Shown in pieces: positions 31,106 to 32,000 of a stretch of DNA of 32,000 nt; position 1 is the stretch's first letter; each line of letters opens with the position of its first letter. The position numbers and the translations under genes were made by a program. The stretch is taken from contig OY970322.1 of assembly GCA_963716945.1 (NCBI GenBank), forward strand, positions 930,001 through 962,000. Direction: 5' to 3'. A model generated the notes under the pieces. The model ran no database searches. It saw only the letters and a program-made list of their open reading frames with translations, and was not told where the DNA came from. This stretch comes from Candidatus Saccharimonadota bacterium. Its GTDB lineage: Bacteria; Patescibacteriota; Saccharimonadia; Saccharimonadales; UBA4665.

Positions 31106-32000
31106 TTATTGAGTGAAGGTATCGCTGTTGCTATTGAGGCTGCTGCCGGAATTCAGGCCGCTGAAGAGGTTGGACAGGCCGGGGTTGGCGGCGGCGTCTT
31201 TTTCTATTTGAGCCAGGACTTGGACGGCCGGTTCGGCGTTTGCCGGGGCGGTGATGGATACCGGGGCGTAGCTGATAGTCGTCGTGAACGAACCGGTGGC
31301 ACTCTTGCTGCTGTTGTCCTGCAAGGCCAGCTTGACGATGCGCTTGCTGCTCTTGTCTACCCAGACGGTAATCGGCGTCGTCTTGTGGTCGCCGGTGGCA
31401 GTCGAGGTGTCGGGCAGGCTGGTGGCGCTCTTGTCGCACTTTTGGATTTCTTTGACGATCGACAGGTTGTCCAGTACCTTGGAATTGCCGTAAGCGGTCG
31501 CCTTGTCATCATTGATGCTGAGGACGAACTTTTCGGCACTATGGCCGTTGACGGAATCCGAGGCCGTGCTCTGGATAGTCACGAAGGGGTTCTTGTCATA
31601 TTGGTTTTCCAGCAGCTGGATGTCGGCCTGGGTCAGACCCCAGTTATTGTTGAGGATGCAGCTGGCACCGCTTTCGTCGAGTAAGGTGCTGTCAATGACA
31701 ATCCACTTGTTGGAAAGCTGGTCGCTCAAGGTGGTCGCCAGCGAACCGGCATCCGGACTATAGGCGCCTAGCAGGCTGGCAATCGTGCTTAGGTCGCCGA
31801 CTTTTATATAGACGTTGTCTTTGACCAGGCGGGCTTCGACGGGGAAACTGACGCCCGACACGGTCAGGTTAAGCTGAAGGTCGGCCGTCTTGGCGGTACT
31901 GTTGCTGGCACCGTTGACGTCGGCTTTGAGGGCTAAGCCGCCTGCACCGGAACTGGCTTGCAGCGTGCCTGTGAAGCTGGTTTGTTTCTGCTGCAGGCTG
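31106..32000 (-). CDS. 5'-partial hypothetical secreted/surface protein (S/T/N/D-rich)
   Basis: The frame is open through GTG 31861 to the window edge (..SLQQKQTSFTGTLQASSGAGGLALKADVNG..), so the gene starts outside the window. No enzymatic motif recognised. Confidence 0.6.
   Translation of the reverse strand, partial: SLQQKQTSFTGTLQASSGAGGLALKADVNGASNSTAKTADLQLNLTVSGVSFPVEARLVKDNVYIKVGDLSTIASLLGAYSPDAGSLATTLSDQLSNKWIVIDSTLLDESGASCILNNNWGLTQADIQLLENQYDKNPFVTIQSTASDSVNGHSAEKFVLSINDDKATAYGNSKVLDNLSIVKEIQKCDKSATSLPDTSTATGDHKTTPITVWVDKSSKRIVKLALQDNSSKSATGSFTTTISYAPVSITAPANAEPAVQVLAQIEKDAAANPGLSNLFSGLNSGSSLNSNSDTFTQ

Noticed and set aside
1-32000. Scan for tRNA, rRNA, CRISPR repeats, transposase/integrase genes, terminal inverted repeats and long direct repeats
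   Set aside because: None was recognised by eye. The intergenic spacers are too short (at most ~215 bp) to hold such elements. The only repeat-like structures are those reported: the 22891 palindrome, the CAATT triplet and the coding tandem repeats.

Overview
Tightly packed, GC-rich bacterial chromosomal segment with about 37 protein genes and short AT-rich intergenic spacers. The genetic code looks standard, since TAA, TAG and TGA all terminate well-supported genes. I found no rRNA, tRNA, CRISPR array, transposase, integrase or phage block, so this reads as core-genome DNA rather than an obvious island.

Layout:
- 1-8.5 kb: a 5'-partial NqrB/RnfD-like::FNR fusion, an LPLAT-like acyltransferase, a PfkB kinase plus adenosylhomocysteinase, two GNATs, a stand-alone riboflavin kinase and glmM.
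- 8.6-15.7 kb: three adjacent short Pta/Ptb-fold paralogues (one with an internally duplicated domain), an Fe/Mn superoxide dismutase gene broken by three single-base insertions, a 407-aa orphan with internal repeats, an OmpR-type regulator with a sensor-less histidine kinase, and a small membrane-anchored low-complexity protein.
- 15.7-32 kb, mostly minus strand: trmD, KH protein, rpsP, rnc, Nudix, nusB, rpmF (47 aa, below the ORF-track cutoff), leuS, a methyltransferase-like orphan, a long-form guaA, a class-I aminotransferase and ddl. These are followed by a divergent VanX/DdpX-type dipeptidase, an orphan, an alpha/beta-hydrolase + membrane-anchored MurF-like ligase operon, and a 5'-partial secreted protein.

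Best leads for something undescribed:
1. The Pta-fold triplet next to glmM-GNAT.
2. The D-Ala-D-Ala neighbourhood: ddl with a Gly/Lys-rich omega-loop insertion, an enlarged VanX-like dipeptidase, CAATT repeats in the shared promoter region, and a MurF-like ligase whose N-terminal domain is replaced by a transmembrane hairpin.
3. The otherwise pristine sod gene carrying exactly three +1 insertions.
4. A consistent leaderless-promoter architecture at ten operon starts.

Lineage cannot be proven from this window. Missing rimM, a monofunctional riboflavin kinase, overlapping convergent gene ends and an odd MurF fit a reduced-genome bacterium (for example Patescibacteria/Saccharibacteria-like), but that is inference only. 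All homology calls rest on motif recognition by eye; no searches were run.
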